Numbered from the stretch's first letter, positions 8,117-17,950 are shown. The stretch: 64,000 nucleotides of DNA from Candidatus Firestonebacteria bacterium RIFOXYD2_FULL_39_29 (GCA_001778375.1 MFGV01000075.1:2354-66353); one strand, 5' to 3'. The notes: a model not told the origin generated them from the sequence alone. Translations and numbers: made by a program.

Positions 8117-9533
8117 TTATTTCAACACTTTTCTTTTAACGGAGTAATACTTCTGTTTGGGGCTCTTTGGTTTATCCGATATAGTTGGCAGAAGCATTCC
8201 CACCTTAAGCATTGGGCTCAATATCTCTTTTCTAAAATGCTCCCGATCGCTCAATTTCAAATACTTTTGTATTTCAGTTCTTGTTCTCGGCACACGGCAG
8301 AAATCCAATATTTTCTTTACCTTTTTCTCGTCAACTTGCGGGGTAGCTTGCGGGGTGACTTGGGGGGTAACCGGTATGCTGATCTTAAAAATATCCCCCT
8401 CAAAAAGTTTCGGACTCTTGCCGGAATACGCCTTTGAATACTTAAATAAATTACGAACACCGGAACCAAGCTCATCAGCCCGCCCGATTTCTTTAAAAAC
8501 TTTAGCAATTACAGGGTTTTTTGGGTAAGGCGAAAAGTGAGCCGGATTTATTAAGCCATGCCCGTGCGGTTTATTGCTGTTTTCGGTAAACCACGCAATC
8601 ATTTTCAATAACAAGTTTCGCCGGGAAATGATTAGTAAATTCTCTGTGAATTAATATATTGCTGACAACTTCTCTAAAAAGATGGTCACGCAAATTTATC
8701 CTCTGTTTATTTTCAATATAGAACTTATCAGGAAGGTTCTTACCGATAAAAGCCATCAAACGGTCATAACTGTCAATCAGGTTTGTGTTTACAATATCTC
8801 TATCATCATACCGGTCGGTATCAACTCTTCTTACAACAGCATCTGTCTTATAATGCGGCAGAATTGAAGCAATAACAGAATCCTTCCCAAAGAGCAGGAC
8901 AGCCGCAAGTGTAAAACCTTTCTTCCCTGCCTTATAATCTTTACCATACAACTGAGCGCTCTTAAGAAGCTCCAGGTCGTCCATCTCTCCCCAGGCATGC
9001 CCGGGATTTTGAACAACAGCCAGCTTTCTTGCTCTTCGTATTACATCTTTACGGAGCTCCCCAAGAGTTAGAAAAGGAAATATCCTGTTCTCGTAATATT
9101 CCGACTGTTTACGCATATAAAGATTGGCAACCAGATTTGTATTATCAGTAATGTCAAAATCGCCGTCTTCATTTCGATCAAATATCTTCCCATTACACCT
9201 GTGAACCTGTGAACTTTCAGAGACATAAATATAAATAACAGTTTTATCTTTAACTTTCACCTCTTTTGCCGACAGGTAAAATGTGGGAGATATTTTCTGA
9301 GGATTATTTATAGCCGTAATAAATTCATTTTTTACTTTCTGAACACAATCTTCGTCCACACCGACAACATCCCCGTTATCTTCAACTCCAAGTAAAAGCT
9401 CTCCGCCAAATCTATTCAAAAACGCGCAGACAGTCTCATAGATATCTTTACTGAGATTTGACTTGCATTCTTTGAATTCAATTCGCAAGCCTTCTCCTTT
9501 GCTTATAATCGCTTTTAATTCTGACTCGTTCAT
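8117..9533 (-). pseudogene. AlbA_2 (divergent AAA/Schlafen-like) + HATPase_c_4 putative DNA-binding ATPase, split by a frameshift near 8571-8614
   Basis: Track ORFs 8571..9533 (AlbA_2-like N-terminal domain) and 8117..8614 (C-terminal HATPase_c_4-like: VIAKVFKEIGRADELGSGVRNLFKY) overlap in different frames. Together they give the usual ~480 aa architecture. Confidence 0.6.
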
Positions 9534-9682
9534 AATTTATCAGTCCTTTGTTTCTCTTTTTCTAATTCGACTAACCTTAATTAATTTAGATATTGTCGTC
9601 CGCCAGTCTTTTTGGAGGATACGAGTTTAGAGTTTCGAACTTTCTTTTTGCCGATGTTCGTCCTCCGTATTCCCTCTTGCAG

Positions 9683-9703
9683 TTGTCGACAAATTGTCGA
9701 CAG
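9683..9703. promoter_or_regulatory. tandem TGTCGACA palindromes (candidate operator) upstream of the AlbA_2/HATPase gene
   Basis: TTGTCGACAAATTGTCGACAG: two copies of a perfect 8-bp palindrome 3 bp apart in the promoter region. Confidence 0.35.
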
Positions 9704-9840
9704 CTCAGCACCATTTTAACTATTTGAAGCAACTCCCGCTTCCACGATTTTGCTGACCTCAGCAAAATGGTGAGCAATAGGATAGCCGCTATTCTTACAA
9801 GAAAGCTTTGCCTTGTCTAAGACCTTATATGTTCAACACT

Positions 9841-10572
9841 TCATTTTTGGGTCCTGGAAGCGTTGGCACGTGCTAGTAACTCGTACTCTCTAATTAAGCT
9901 GTTATCAGCAAAACTAAAGTATTTGTTGTTTCCAATAATGATATGGTCGAGTACTTTCATTTCCATGATGGTGCCTGCGGTGATTAAGCTCTTTGTGATT
10001 TCTTTATCGGCTTCACTGGGGTCGGTTTCGCCGGACGGGTGGTTGTGGGCGAATATCAAAGCGGCGGCTTTGCAGGAGATGGCTCTCTTGACTATTTCTC
10101 TGGGGTAGATTGAGGTGGAAGTAAGACTGCCTTCAAAGGCGGTTTCGGCTTTTATCAGGTTGTTTTTGACATTCAGGTAGAGGACTTTAAAGACTTCTTT
10201 TTCGAGGCCTCTCATAGATGCGTACAGGTAATCGAATACTTCTTTGGAAGAACGGCATAAGAACTTTTTGTTTTCAAGGCGCTGTTCCAGGTATTTTGAG
10301 AGGATGTCTTTTACCAGACAGATGGCTATACAGTTGTTCTTCCCCACTCCCTTTGTCTTTGTTAGCTCGTCAGGAGATGCATCCAGAACCTCTCTAAGCC
10401 CTCCCAATCGCTCTGTAAGCTCCTTTGCCATCATTCTAACGTCCCGTCTTGGAGTGCCAAATGTGAGAAGAAGTTCGACTATTTCATAGTCGTGAAAACT
10501 TTCTAATCCGGCGCGCAGGTAACGCTCGCGTAAGCGCTCGCGGTGACCGATGCGGTGTTCGTTTAATTCCAT
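9841..10572 (-). CDS. radC: RadC-like JAB/MPN domain protein (UPF0758)
   Basis: HNHPSG metal-binding motif and N-terminal HhH region. Start moved to MELNEHR (10572) because the track N-terminal extension is a translation of an intergenic repeat motif. Confidence 0.8.
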   Translation of the reverse strand: MELNEHRIGHRERLRERYLRAGLESFHDYEIVELLLTFGTPRRDVRMMAKELTERLGGLREVLDASPDELTKTKGVGKNNCIAICLVKDILSKYLEQRLENKKFLCRSSKEVFDYLYASMRGLEKEVFKVLYLNVKNNLIKAETAFEGSLTSTSIYPREIVKRAISCKAAALIFAHNHPSGETDPSEADKEITKSLITAGTIMEMKVLDHIIIGNNKYFSFADNSLIREYELLARANASRTQK

Positions 10573-10777
10573 TTTCACCCCAAGTGAAAAAATTGACGAT
10601 TTACGATTGACAATTGACGATTTTATGTACACGGCGTAAAGATGCCGCGAATATTAAATAAGAACAAAAAAAACAACCTACTGATTAATTTACTTCTGTT
10701 TCACCCCGGAACAAGAAAATAGAACAATAGAGCAATTGACCGCTACCGCTCTGCCAAATTTATCCTTCGGATAAATT

Positions 10778-10855
10778 TGGCGGGGTCGACGGGATTCGAA
10801 CCCGCGACCTTCTGCGTGACAGGCAGACGTGCTGAACCAGCTGCACCACGACCCC
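10778..10855 (-). tRNA. tRNA-Asp (GTC)
   Basis: Hand-folded cloverleaf. Acceptor GGGGTCG/CGACCCC, anticodon loop CTGTCAC, T-loop GGTTCGAATCC, CCA encoded. Confidence 0.85.
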
Positions 10856-10986
10856 ACTCTAAAAGCAAATTCTAAGCACTAAATTCGAAATTCTAAACAA
10901 TGATCAAGAATTTATAAATGTGGCGGAGGCTTTCTTCCGCCTTCATTAATTAGTCATTCGTCAATCGTAAATTCTTAAACACTTTC

Positions 10987-11063
10987 ATGGTGGGCGCTAC
11001 AGGGCTCGAACCTGTGACCCCTGCCTTGTAAGGGCAGTGCTCTAACCAGCTGAGCTAAGCGCC
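10987..11063 (-). tRNA. tRNA-Val (TAC)
   Basis: Acceptor GGGCGCT/AGCGCCC, anticodon loop CTTACAA, CCA encoded. Confidence 0.85.
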
Positions 11064-11226
11064 CTAAACAAGAACAACGTTCATAAAGTTTTTAAGGTTT
11101 GTAAGGTCTATAAGGCAAACGACCAAACATTTTAAAAACATTTAGAGCTCATAAAAATAATAATCATTCCATAATCTAATTTCTATTGTCGATTTTCTAT
11201 TGCTCTAATTTTGCCGAGCAAAATTA

Positions 11227-11301
11227 TGGAGCGGGCGAAGGGGCTTGAACCCTCGACCTTCTCCTTGGCAAGGAGACATTCTACCACTGAACTACGCCCG
11301 C
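11227..11301 (-). tRNA. tRNA-Gly (GCC)
   Basis: Acceptor GCGGGCG/CGCCCGC, anticodon loop TTGCCAA, T-loop GGTTCAAGCCC, CCA encoded. Confidence 0.85.
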
Positions 11302-11391
11302 ATGTTTAGTATTATAGCAAATCGTAAATCTTTTATCAAACCTATTCACTTCTATAATCAGCTATTAGTTATTAGCTATCAGTAATTATAA

Positions 11392-11473
11392 TGCGAGGGG
11401 CGGGAGTTGAACCCGCAACCCGTGAGGGACTGGATCCTAAGTCCAGCGCGTATGCCAGTTCCGCCACCCTCGC
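11392..11473 (-). tRNA. tRNA-Leu (TAG), type II with long variable arm
   Basis: Acceptor GCGAGGG/CCCTCGC, anticodon loop CTTAGGA, long variable arm, no CCA encoded. Confidence 0.8.
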
Positions 11474-11613
11474 TCCTTAAATACATTAAGGTCGAGGTTA
11501 TAATCAAATAAAAACTTTGAAAATAGAAAATCGAGCAATAGATCGAAATTATTTTTATATGTATTCTAACGTCTATTGTTCAATTTCTCCACCAATTTTA
11601 CATTCTGTAAAAT

Positions 11614-11688
11614 TGGTGGGTCATGGGGGAATCGAACCCACGACCTCCCGATTAATATCGTCCACCTAGGTGGATAATCTAATAGCCC
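11614..11688 (-). pseudogene. degenerate tRNA-Lys-like copy (D-arm replaced by palindrome TCCACCTAGGTGGA)
   Basis: 3' half is identical to tRNA-Lys (TCGGGAGGTCGTGGGTTCGATTCCCCCATG) but with an acceptor mismatch, no foldable D-arm or anticodon stem, and an encoded CCA. Overlaps the inverted repeat CCACCAATTTTA-N7-TAAAATTGGTGG. Confidence 0.5.
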
Positions 11689-11781
11689 ATTTTTCAATTA
11701 CTGAAATTTAATGATTATAATCTTTGGGCTTTCTCACTGCCCTGTCCTTAAATACTATTAAAAACAGGGTATTGAATAAAT

Positions 11782-11854
11782 ATGGGCCATGGGGGAATCG
11801 AACCCACGACCTCCCGATTAAGAGTCGGCTGCTCTACCAGCTGAGCTAATGGCC
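11782..11854 (-). tRNA. tRNA-Lys (CTT)
   Basis: Acceptor GGGCCAT/ATGGCCC, D-arm GCTCAGCTGGTAGAGC, anticodon loop CTCTTAA (T33, A37), T-loop TTCGATT. One mismatch each in the anticodon stem and T stem. No CCA. Confidence 0.7.
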
Positions 11855-11920
11855 CATCTTTAATCCAATATAATTTTATCTTTTCTATGTTATTAAGACT
11901 ATTTTCGCCTCTTAATATTT

Positions 11921-11960
11921 GTTAAGAGTCGTCCACCTAGGTGGATGAGCTAATGGCCCA
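11921..11960 (-). pseudogene. 5' half fragment of tRNA-Lys with palindrome TCCACCTAGGTGGA in the D-arm position
   Basis: GGGCCATTAGCTCA-TCCACCTAGGTGGA-CGACTCTTAA aligns with the tRNA-Lys 5' half. Same 5' flank (AATTGAAAATGGGC) as the degenerate copy at 11614-11688. Confidence 0.45.
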
Positions 11961-12088
11961 TTTTCAATTAAACTTAAATAAAAATTTGTTCTAGTATTAT
12001 ATCAAAAATATTGATAAATACAAGATATTTTCTCTAGTAAAAGAAGGTTCTCGGTTTTTACGTGATTGAAACATTAATTTATTGTTTT

Positions 12089-12280
12089 TCATCTTCCTTG
12101 CAGTTTCTTGTAATTTTCAATTGACCTGTCATAGGTTGCTTCACCTTCTTTGGTGAAATAACAGGCGGGTAGTTCTCCGGAAGCGCGGTGATATGTGACA
12201 CATTCACAGCAGATTCCCTTGCGGGAACACTGATATGTACAGTTGCATTCTGTTAAGTTGGTTTTCTTCTTACAGTCCAT
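12089..12280 (-). CDS. cysteine-rich small protein (63 aa)
   Basis: 8 Cys in the CxC / CC-x-C spacing [22 protein letters not shown]. Its stop is 16 nt upstream of the next gene. Confidence 0.45.
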   Translation of the reverse strand: MDCKKKTNLTECNCTYQCSRKGICCECVTYHRASGELPACYFTKEGEATYDRSIENYKKLQGR

Positions 12281-12295
12281 TGGCTTGTCCTGTTT

Positions 12296-12667
12296 TCAAT
12301 TTTTTAAAATATTTTCAAGAACATCAAGAAGTTCGTCAGGGCTAAAGGGTTTTCCTATAAAAGCTTTTGCGCCCATACTCATACCTTTATTAATATTTTC
12401 CTGATTGTCAAACGCGGATACAAAAATGAACTTTGCTTCAGGTGCTATTTTCTTGACCTCGTCAAACACCTCAAAACCGGTCTGACCGGGCATCGAAATA
12501 TCGCAAAGTATTACATCGAAATGAGAATTTTTTATAAGGGCTATTGCTTCTGTCCCGCTGCTTGCGGTTACGGCATTGTAACCATAATGCTGTAATAAAT
12601 CGGAAATCAAATCCCTTATCAACTTTTCATCATCAATTGCCAGTATTGTATATTTATTCTTTTCCAT
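12296..12667 (-). CDS. stand-alone response regulator receiver (CheY-like REC domain)
   Basis: ILAIDDE ... DVILCDISMPGQTG ... KPF: phospho-acceptor Asp and Lys signature. 123 aa, no output domain. Confidence 0.8.
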   Translation of the reverse strand: MEKNKYTILAIDDEKLIRDLISDLLQHYGYNAVTASSGTEAIALIKNSHFDVILCDISMPGQTGFEVFDEVKKIAPEAKFIFVSAFDNQENINKGMSMGAKAFIGKPFSPDELLDVLENILKN

Positions 12668-12851
12668 TCCTTTCTTTTCCCTCGTTTTATTGTGCAGGCG
12701 GTTTTGAAAACCACTGGCGTAAGCCCGTGGATCAAAAAACCGCGTATAATAAATAGGCTCCGCTCACAAGAGGATTCCAAAGGAGGATACTCCTTTGGCT
12801 TGAGCATAGCTCAAGTATGAAATGACGCCACGTCCGTAAGGGCGTGGCGTT

Positions 12852-14102
12852 TTACTTAATTCTCTTTATCCTGGCTCCCAGAGCTTCAAGCTTTTTCTCT
12901 ATTTTCTCATAGCCTCTGTCGAGATGATATATTCTAGAAATCTCGGTTGTGCCTTTGGCCCGAAGTCCTGCTAAGACCAGTGACGCACCTGCTCGAAGGT
13001 CTGAGACCATTACAGGGGCTCCGGAAAGCTCTTTAACGCCTTTTACAATTGCAGTGTTGCCTTTTGTTGAGATGCTCGCACCCATTCTGTTTAACTCCGG
13101 GACATGCATAAAGCGCTTTTCCCAGATGGTTTCGTTTATTATACCGGTTCCTGATGAAACTGCCATCAGGGACATCCATTGAGCCTGCATATCTGTCGGA
13201 AAACCGGGATATGGAGCAGTATCAATATTTGACGGTTTTGGTGTTTTGATTCCCCGGATAGTAATGTTTTTCCCGGTCTCTTTGAGCTCTGTTCCTGTTT
13301 CCAGTAACTTCATTTTGACTGCTTCCAAGTTACCGGTAGGGGCGTTTTCAAGTGTTATCTTTCCGTTTGTAATTGCTGCGGCAACCATAAAAGTGCCTGC
13401 TTCAATATAATCAGATATGACCTGATAAGTGCCGCCTTTTAATGAGTTGACGCCCTGAACAGTTATAGTATTGGAGCCTTCCCCTGTTATTTTTGCTCCA
13501 ATCTTATTTAGGAAGTTACAGAGGTCAAGTATATGCGGTTCTTGAGCTGCATTTCTTAATATTGTTTCTCCTTCTGCTAAAACGGAAGCCATCAGAAGAT
13601 TTGCTGTTGCACCTACACTTACCGTATCCAGATATATATCAGCTCCTTTTAATTTTTTTGCGGTGGCTTTAATATATCCGTGCTCTATTTTTATCTTTGC
13701 TCCGAGTTTTTCAAATCCCATAAGGTGCAGATTAATAGGCCGTTCTCCTATGATACAACCTCCGGGCATTGCGACTTCGGCCTTATGATACCGTCCGAGC
13801 AGGGCTCCCATTACATAAACGGAGGCTCTCATGGTTTTTACAAGGTCATATGGGGCTTTAAACTTTTTAATGAGTTTATTATTTGTCCTCACTGTATTAG
13901 ATTCAAAAACTACTTTTCCCCCAAGGCTGTTAATCAGTTTGTTCATTACATTGGTATCATTAAGATGAGGAATGTTTTTCAGTATACATTCTTTGTCTGT
14001 TAGAATGGTCGCGGCTATTATCGGCAGGGCGGCATTTTTACTGCCGGATATTTTAACTCTTCCTTTTAAGGCAACCCCGCCTTCCACTATAAATTTATCC
14101 AT
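12852..14102 (-). CDS. murA: UDP-N-acetylglucosamine 1-carboxyvinyltransferase
   Basis: 416 aa, EPT-family conserved blocks, collinear with MurA. Hairpin ACGCCACG-N-CGTGGCGT immediately after the stop. Confidence 0.9.
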   Translation of the reverse strand: MDKFIVEGGVALKGRVKISGSKNAALPIIAATILTDKECILKNIPHLNDTNVMNKLINSLGGKVVFESNTVRTNNKLIKKFKAPYDLVKTMRASVYVMGALLGRYHKAEVAMPGGCIIGERPINLHLMGFEKLGAKIKIEHGYIKATAKKLKGADIYLDTVSVGATANLLMASVLAEGETILRNAAQEPHILDLCNFLNKIGAKITGEGSNTITVQGVNSLKGGTYQVISDYIEAGTFMVAAAITNGKITLENAPTGNLEAVKMKLLETGTELKETGKNITIRGIKTPKPSNIDTAPYPGFPTDMQAQWMSLMAVSSGTGIINETIWEKRFMHVPELNRMGASISTKGNTAIVKGVKELSGAPVMVSDLRAGASLVLAGLRAKGTTEISRIYHLDRGYEKIEKKLEALGARIKRIK

Positions 14103-14955
14103 TTTTTACCTTTACTACTATAATTCTGTCAATCATCGCATAATCTCTGACTGTTTTCATTATATCAAATTTGCCGCTGTCAATAAACATTGTTTTTAGC
14201 AAGCCTGCCTGATTATACCCGACTTCCAGCGCGAGAAATCCGTTTGGATGCAAATAATAAGGAGCTCTTTTGATTATTTCTCTATAGAATTTTAACCCTT
14301 CTTTGCCGCCATCCAGAGCTTCTTTTGGTTCAAAAAGTCTGACATCATCCATTAAGCTTTTCATTTCTTCTCTTGCTACATAGGGAGGATTGCTGATAAT
14401 GAGATGAAATTTCTTTTCTTTATCAAGACCTCTAAAAAGATCGCTGTGTAAAAATCTAATTTTATCCTCTACTTTGTGTTTCTGCGCATTTATTTTTGCC
14501 ACTTTTAGAGCCTTTTTGGAAATATCCGAAGCTGTCATTTTTACAAAAGGATATTTTCTTGCAACTCCTACAGCGATTGCGCCTGAACCTGTGCAAAGAT
14601 CGAGTATCTCATAACCTTTAACATCTTTTCTTATCATATCAAAACACGTCTCCACCAAAAGCTCGGTTTCCGGACGGGGGATCAAAACATTTTTATCAAC
14701 TATAAGTTCATAATCCAGAAAACCCTTTTTACCGAGTATATAGGCAACAGGTTCTCTCTTTAAACGGCGGGATATATATGAATTGAAAATATCAATTTGT
14801 TCCGCGGGTATGGTATTTCTTGAGTTCATGTAAAGATCCATTTTTTTGCATTTTAAGATCTCACACAAGAAAAGTTCAACATCTTTTGCTGCGTCCGCTA
14901 TATTTGATCCTCTTAGAGTGCCGCAGGCGTTTATCATAAGAGAACTTATTATCAT
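14095..14955 (-). CDS. prmC: release factor glutamine N5-methyltransferase
   Basis: NPPY motif (IISNPPYV), AdoMet motif [10 protein letters not shown], adjacent to prfA. Confidence 0.85.
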   Translation of the reverse strand: MIISSLMINACGTLRGSNIADAAKDVELFLCEILKCKKMDLYMNSRNTIPAEQIDIFNSYISRRLKREPVAYILGKKGFLDYELIVDKNVLIPRPETELLVETCFDMIRKDVKGYEILDLCTGSGAIAVGVARKYPFVKMTASDISKKALKVAKINAQKHKVEDKIRFLHSDLFRGLDKEKKFHLIISNPPYVAREEMKSLMDDVRLFEPKEALDGGKEGLKFYREIIKRAPYYLHPNGFLALEVGYNQAGLLKTMFIDSGKFDIMKTVRDYAMIDRIIVVKVKNG

Positions 14956-16025
14956 TTTCCGGTCACTTCCAGTTCCTTAAGACGTTCCGCATGTTCAACT
15001 TCTATCAAAGGATCCAGGAGCCCGTCAATTGAGCCTTCCATTACTTCCGGCAGGTTATATATTGAAACGCCAATTCTGTGGTCTGTAACTCTATTTTGCG
15101 GGAAATTATAAGTTCGTATTTTTTCGCTTCTGTCTCCTGTTCCTATTTGAGAGCGTCTTTCATCACCAATGGCATCATGCTGTTCTTTCATTCTTTGAGC
15201 CAGTAAACGGGATTTTAATACTTTCATTCCCTTTTCGCGGTTCTTTAGCTGGGAGCGCTCATCCTGGCAGGTTACAACTATACCTGTCGGAATGTGAGTG
15301 ATCCTAACTGCGGAATAAGTAGTGTTAACGCTTTGTCCGCCTTTACCACCGGCGCAATAAGTATCTATTTTAAGATCGTCAGGTTTAATACTTACATCAA
15401 CATCTTCAGCTTCCGGTAAAACTGCAACGGTAACTGTAGAAGTGTGAATTCTTCCCGAGGCCTCGGTAGCCGGTACTCGCTGTACTCTGTGCACTCCGCT
15501 TTCATATTTTAGGCGGCTAAAGGCACCTTTTCCGGTAATCTGGAAAATTACCTCTTTAAAACCGCCGATGCCGATAGGATTACTGGATAACATCTCTGTT
15601 TTCCAGTTACGGGCATCTCCGTATCTTGTATATAACCTGAGTAATTCTGCTGCAAAAAGGGCAGATTCATCCCCGCCCGCACCTGCTCTTATTTCTACGA
15701 TTACATTTTTGTCATCGTTGGGATCTTTGGGTAGCAGAAGGAATTTTATATCTTTTTCCAGCAGGGTTTTTCTTTCTTCCAGGATTTTCAACTCTTCCTT
15801 GACCATTTCTTTCATTTCATTATCGCCGGAAATTAAAAGGCCGTTGGAACCGGTAATATCTCCAACGACCTTTTTATATTCGTTATATTTTTCGACAATA
15901 GCGCCAAGAGTAGCAAGTTGTTTAAGTTTAGTCTGATAATCCAAACCACCCCTGGAGTCAGACAGACCATCTGTTAACTCATTATACTTTCGCTCTATGT
16001 CTGTCAAACTGTCAAGGAACCCCAT
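14952..16025 (-). CDS. prfA: peptide chain release factor 1
   Basis: GGQ motif (GGQSVNTT), class I RF domain layout, 357 aa. Confidence 0.9.
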   Translation of the reverse strand: MGFLDSLTDIERKYNELTDGLSDSRGGLDYQTKLKQLATLGAIVEKYNEYKKVVGDITGSNGLLISGDNEMKEMVKEELKILEERKTLLEKDIKFLLLPKDPNDDKNVIVEIRAGAGGDESALFAAELLRLYTRYGDARNWKTEMLSSNPIGIGGFKEVIFQITGKGAFSRLKYESGVHRVQRVPATEASGRIHTSTVTVAVLPEAEDVDVSIKPDDLKIDTYCAGGKGGQSVNTTYSAVRITHIPTGIVVTCQDERSQLKNREKGMKVLKSRLLAQRMKEQHDAIGDERRSQIGTGDRSEKIRTYNFPQNRVTDHRIGVSIYNLPEVMEGSIDGLLDPLIEVEHAERLKELEVTGK

Positions 16026-16030
16026 TTATA

Positions 16031-16306
16031 TTATGCTTCAGCCGCTACTATTCTCTTTTTTGGTTTGGCAACTTTTTTGGGAGCCGCTTTTACCGGTTTA
16101 GTACTTCCGGCTTTTTTGAAAGTTTTTCTGAATTTGTCAACGCGCCCGGCTACATCAAGGAATTTTTGCTGTCCCGTATAAAAAGGATGGCAATTTGAGC
16201 ATACTTCAATTTTTTGTTCAGGCTTTGTAGATCTGGTCTTTATTTGCGCACCGCAAGTACAGGTTATTACAGTTTCTTTATAAGACGGGTGTATTTTTTC
16301 TTTCAT
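16031..16306 (-). CDS. rpmE: 50S ribosomal protein L31
   Basis: MKEKIHPSY... with CxxC...CxxC zinc ribbon typical of L31, plus a basic C-terminal extension. Confidence 0.8.
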   Translation of the reverse strand: MKEKIHPSYKETVITCTCGAQIKTRSTKPEQKIEVCSNCHPFYTGQQKFLDVAGRVDKFRKTFKKAGSTKPVKAAPKKVAKPKKRIVAAEA

Positions 16307-16433
16307 TGCATCTTCTCCTTTGGATTTCTTTTGTTATGACGTTATGCCAAAGAAAACCCCGAGCAGCCTGTCCGCCAATCTTTTAGGCGGATGAGCTCGT
16401 AGGATGAATTTGGCATGAATAATCTAAAACCTC

Positions 16434-17714
16434 CTATACTTCGCGTATAGTACTCAGGAACTCTTTATTGCTTTTCGTTTTTCTCAGTCTATCATTTAAA
16501 AGATTCATGGCTTCATCAGGAGACATTGTATTCCAAAGCCGCCTTAAAGTCCAGACTTTTTTGAGTTCGCCTTCCGTTAAAAGCAGTTCTTCTTTTCTGG
16601 TGCCAGTCTTATTTACATCTATTGCAGGGAAAATACGCCTGTCAACGAGCTTGCGGTCCAATACTATTTCCATATTTCCGGTACCTTTGAATTCCTCAAA
16701 GATAACCTCGTCCATTCTGCTTCCGGTATCCACAAGCGCTGTTGCGATTATAGTAAGAGAGCCGCCTTCTTCAATATCCCTCGCGGCGCCCAGAAATCTT
16801 TTTGGCTTTTGCAGAGCATTACTGTCAACGCCGCCCGAGAGAACTTTGCCGCTGGGAGGAACGACTGTATTGTACGCCCTGCCAAGACGGGTAATAGAAT
16901 CGAGCAGAATTACAACATCTTTTTTATGTTCTACAAGACGTTTTGCTTTTTCGAGAACCATCTCTGCTACTTGCACATGTCTTTCGGCCGGTTCGTCAAA
17001 AGTAGAACTTATAACTTCTGCTTTAACTGAACGCTGCATGTCTGTAACTTCTTCAGGGCGCTCATCGATTAAAAGTATTATGAGTTTGATTTCCGGATGA
17101 TTCATTGTTATACTGTTGGCCATTTTTTGCAGCAGAATTGTTTTACCGGCTTTGGGTGGGGATACTATCAAACCTCTCTGGCCTTTACCTATCGGCACAA
17201 TAAGGTCCATAACCCGCATTGCAATTTCCAACGGTTCTTTTTCTCTCTCCAATTTTATTCTTCTAAAAGGGTAAAGCGGGGTAAGATTATCAAATAATAT
17301 TCGTTTCTTTGCCGACTCAGGCGGTTCGCCGTTTACAGCTTCTATCTTTAGCAGGGCAAAATATCTTTCGCCTTCTTTTGGCGGTCTTGCCTGACCTGCG
17401 ACTGTATCACCTTTTTTCAGGTCAAATTTTCTAATCTGGGAAGGTGAGACATAAATATCGTCGGGACTCGGCAGGTAATTATAGGCATCCGATCTTAGAA
17501 ACCCAAAACCATCAGGGAGTATTTCAAGAACACCGTCTTTAAAAGTAAGACCGTCTTTTACTTTTGCATCGGTTTTTACCTCTTCTGATTTGGTCTGGAC
17601 AATCTTCAGGATGAGATCCTGCTTTTTTAACCCTCTTGCACCTTCAATCTTCATTTCCGCCGCGATTTCCAAAAGCTCTGCGATCTTCTTCTTCTTTAGT
17701 TCAATTATATCCAT
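16434..17714 (-). CDS. rho: transcription termination factor Rho
   Basis: N-terminal RNA-binding/CSD-like region, Walker A GKTILLQ, RecA-like core, 426 aa. Confidence 0.9.
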   Translation of the reverse strand: MDIIELKKKKIAELLEIAAEMKIEGARGLKKQDLILKIVQTKSEEVKTDAKVKDGLTFKDGVLEILPDGFGFLRSDAYNYLPSPDDIYVSPSQIRKFDLKKGDTVAGQARPPKEGERYFALLKIEAVNGEPPESAKKRILFDNLTPLYPFRRIKLEREKEPLEIAMRVMDLIVPIGKGQRGLIVSPPKAGKTILLQKMANSITMNHPEIKLIILLIDERPEEVTDMQRSVKAEVISSTFDEPAERHVQVAEMVLEKAKRLVEHKKDVVILLDSITRLGRAYNTVVPPSGKVLSGGVDSNALQKPKRFLGAARDIEEGGSLTIIATALVDTGSRMDEVIFEEFKGTGNMEIVLDRKLVDRRIFPAIDVNKTGTRKEELLLTEGELKKVWTLRRLWNTMSPDEAMNLLNDRLRKTKSNKEFLSTIREV

Positions 17715-17950
17715 TAAAACTCCTCCTATTAGAGCGATTCCACAGATTACATATCATTTGATTCCACTGATTAAAGCAAAATTTCTATTTTCTAAAAGCC
17801 TGAAAAGCGTTTTGATTTTAAACGTTTGACTTGCAGATTTAACTGCACTACTGATTAGTTTTTATTATCATCGTAGGTTTATCTAGGCTTTCGTTTTAAG
17901 TATTTTACAGTATTTTATTTATATTGTCAACAAAATATATTTAATGTATA

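Noticed and set aside
8117-9533. Two separate genes (8571..9533 and 8117..8614)
   Set aside because: The domain order AlbA_2 then HATPase_c_4 matches single-polypeptide homologs, and the 44-nt out-of-frame overlap indicates a frameshift rather than two genes.
9586-9777. 63-aa minus-strand ORF between the AlbA_2/HATPase gene and radC
   Set aside because: Lies entirely in a promoter/operator region containing the TGTCGACA tandem palindromes and a GCTGACCTCAGCAAA hairpin. No RBS, and the composition is that of intergenic DNA.
10572-10632. N-terminal 20-aa extension of radC in the ORF track (start at 10632)
   Set aside because: The extension is a translation of the TCGTCAATTGTCAATCGTAAAT promoter motif. 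The conserved RadC N-terminus begins at MELNEHR (10572).
11614-11688. Degenerate tRNA-Lys copy as a functional tRNA or tmRNA-like gene
   Set aside because: It cannot form a D-arm or anticodon stem and has an acceptor mismatch; only the T-arm and 3' acceptor half are preserved.
16468-17100. 210-aa plus-strand ORF antisense to rho (also 3175..3579, 4027..4263, 6849..7364, 12949..13182, 55685..56068 and similar)
   Set aside because: These are antisense ORFs wholly inside well-supported conserved genes. They have low-complexity Ser/Leu-rich translations and no RBS, and are typical six-frame artefacts.
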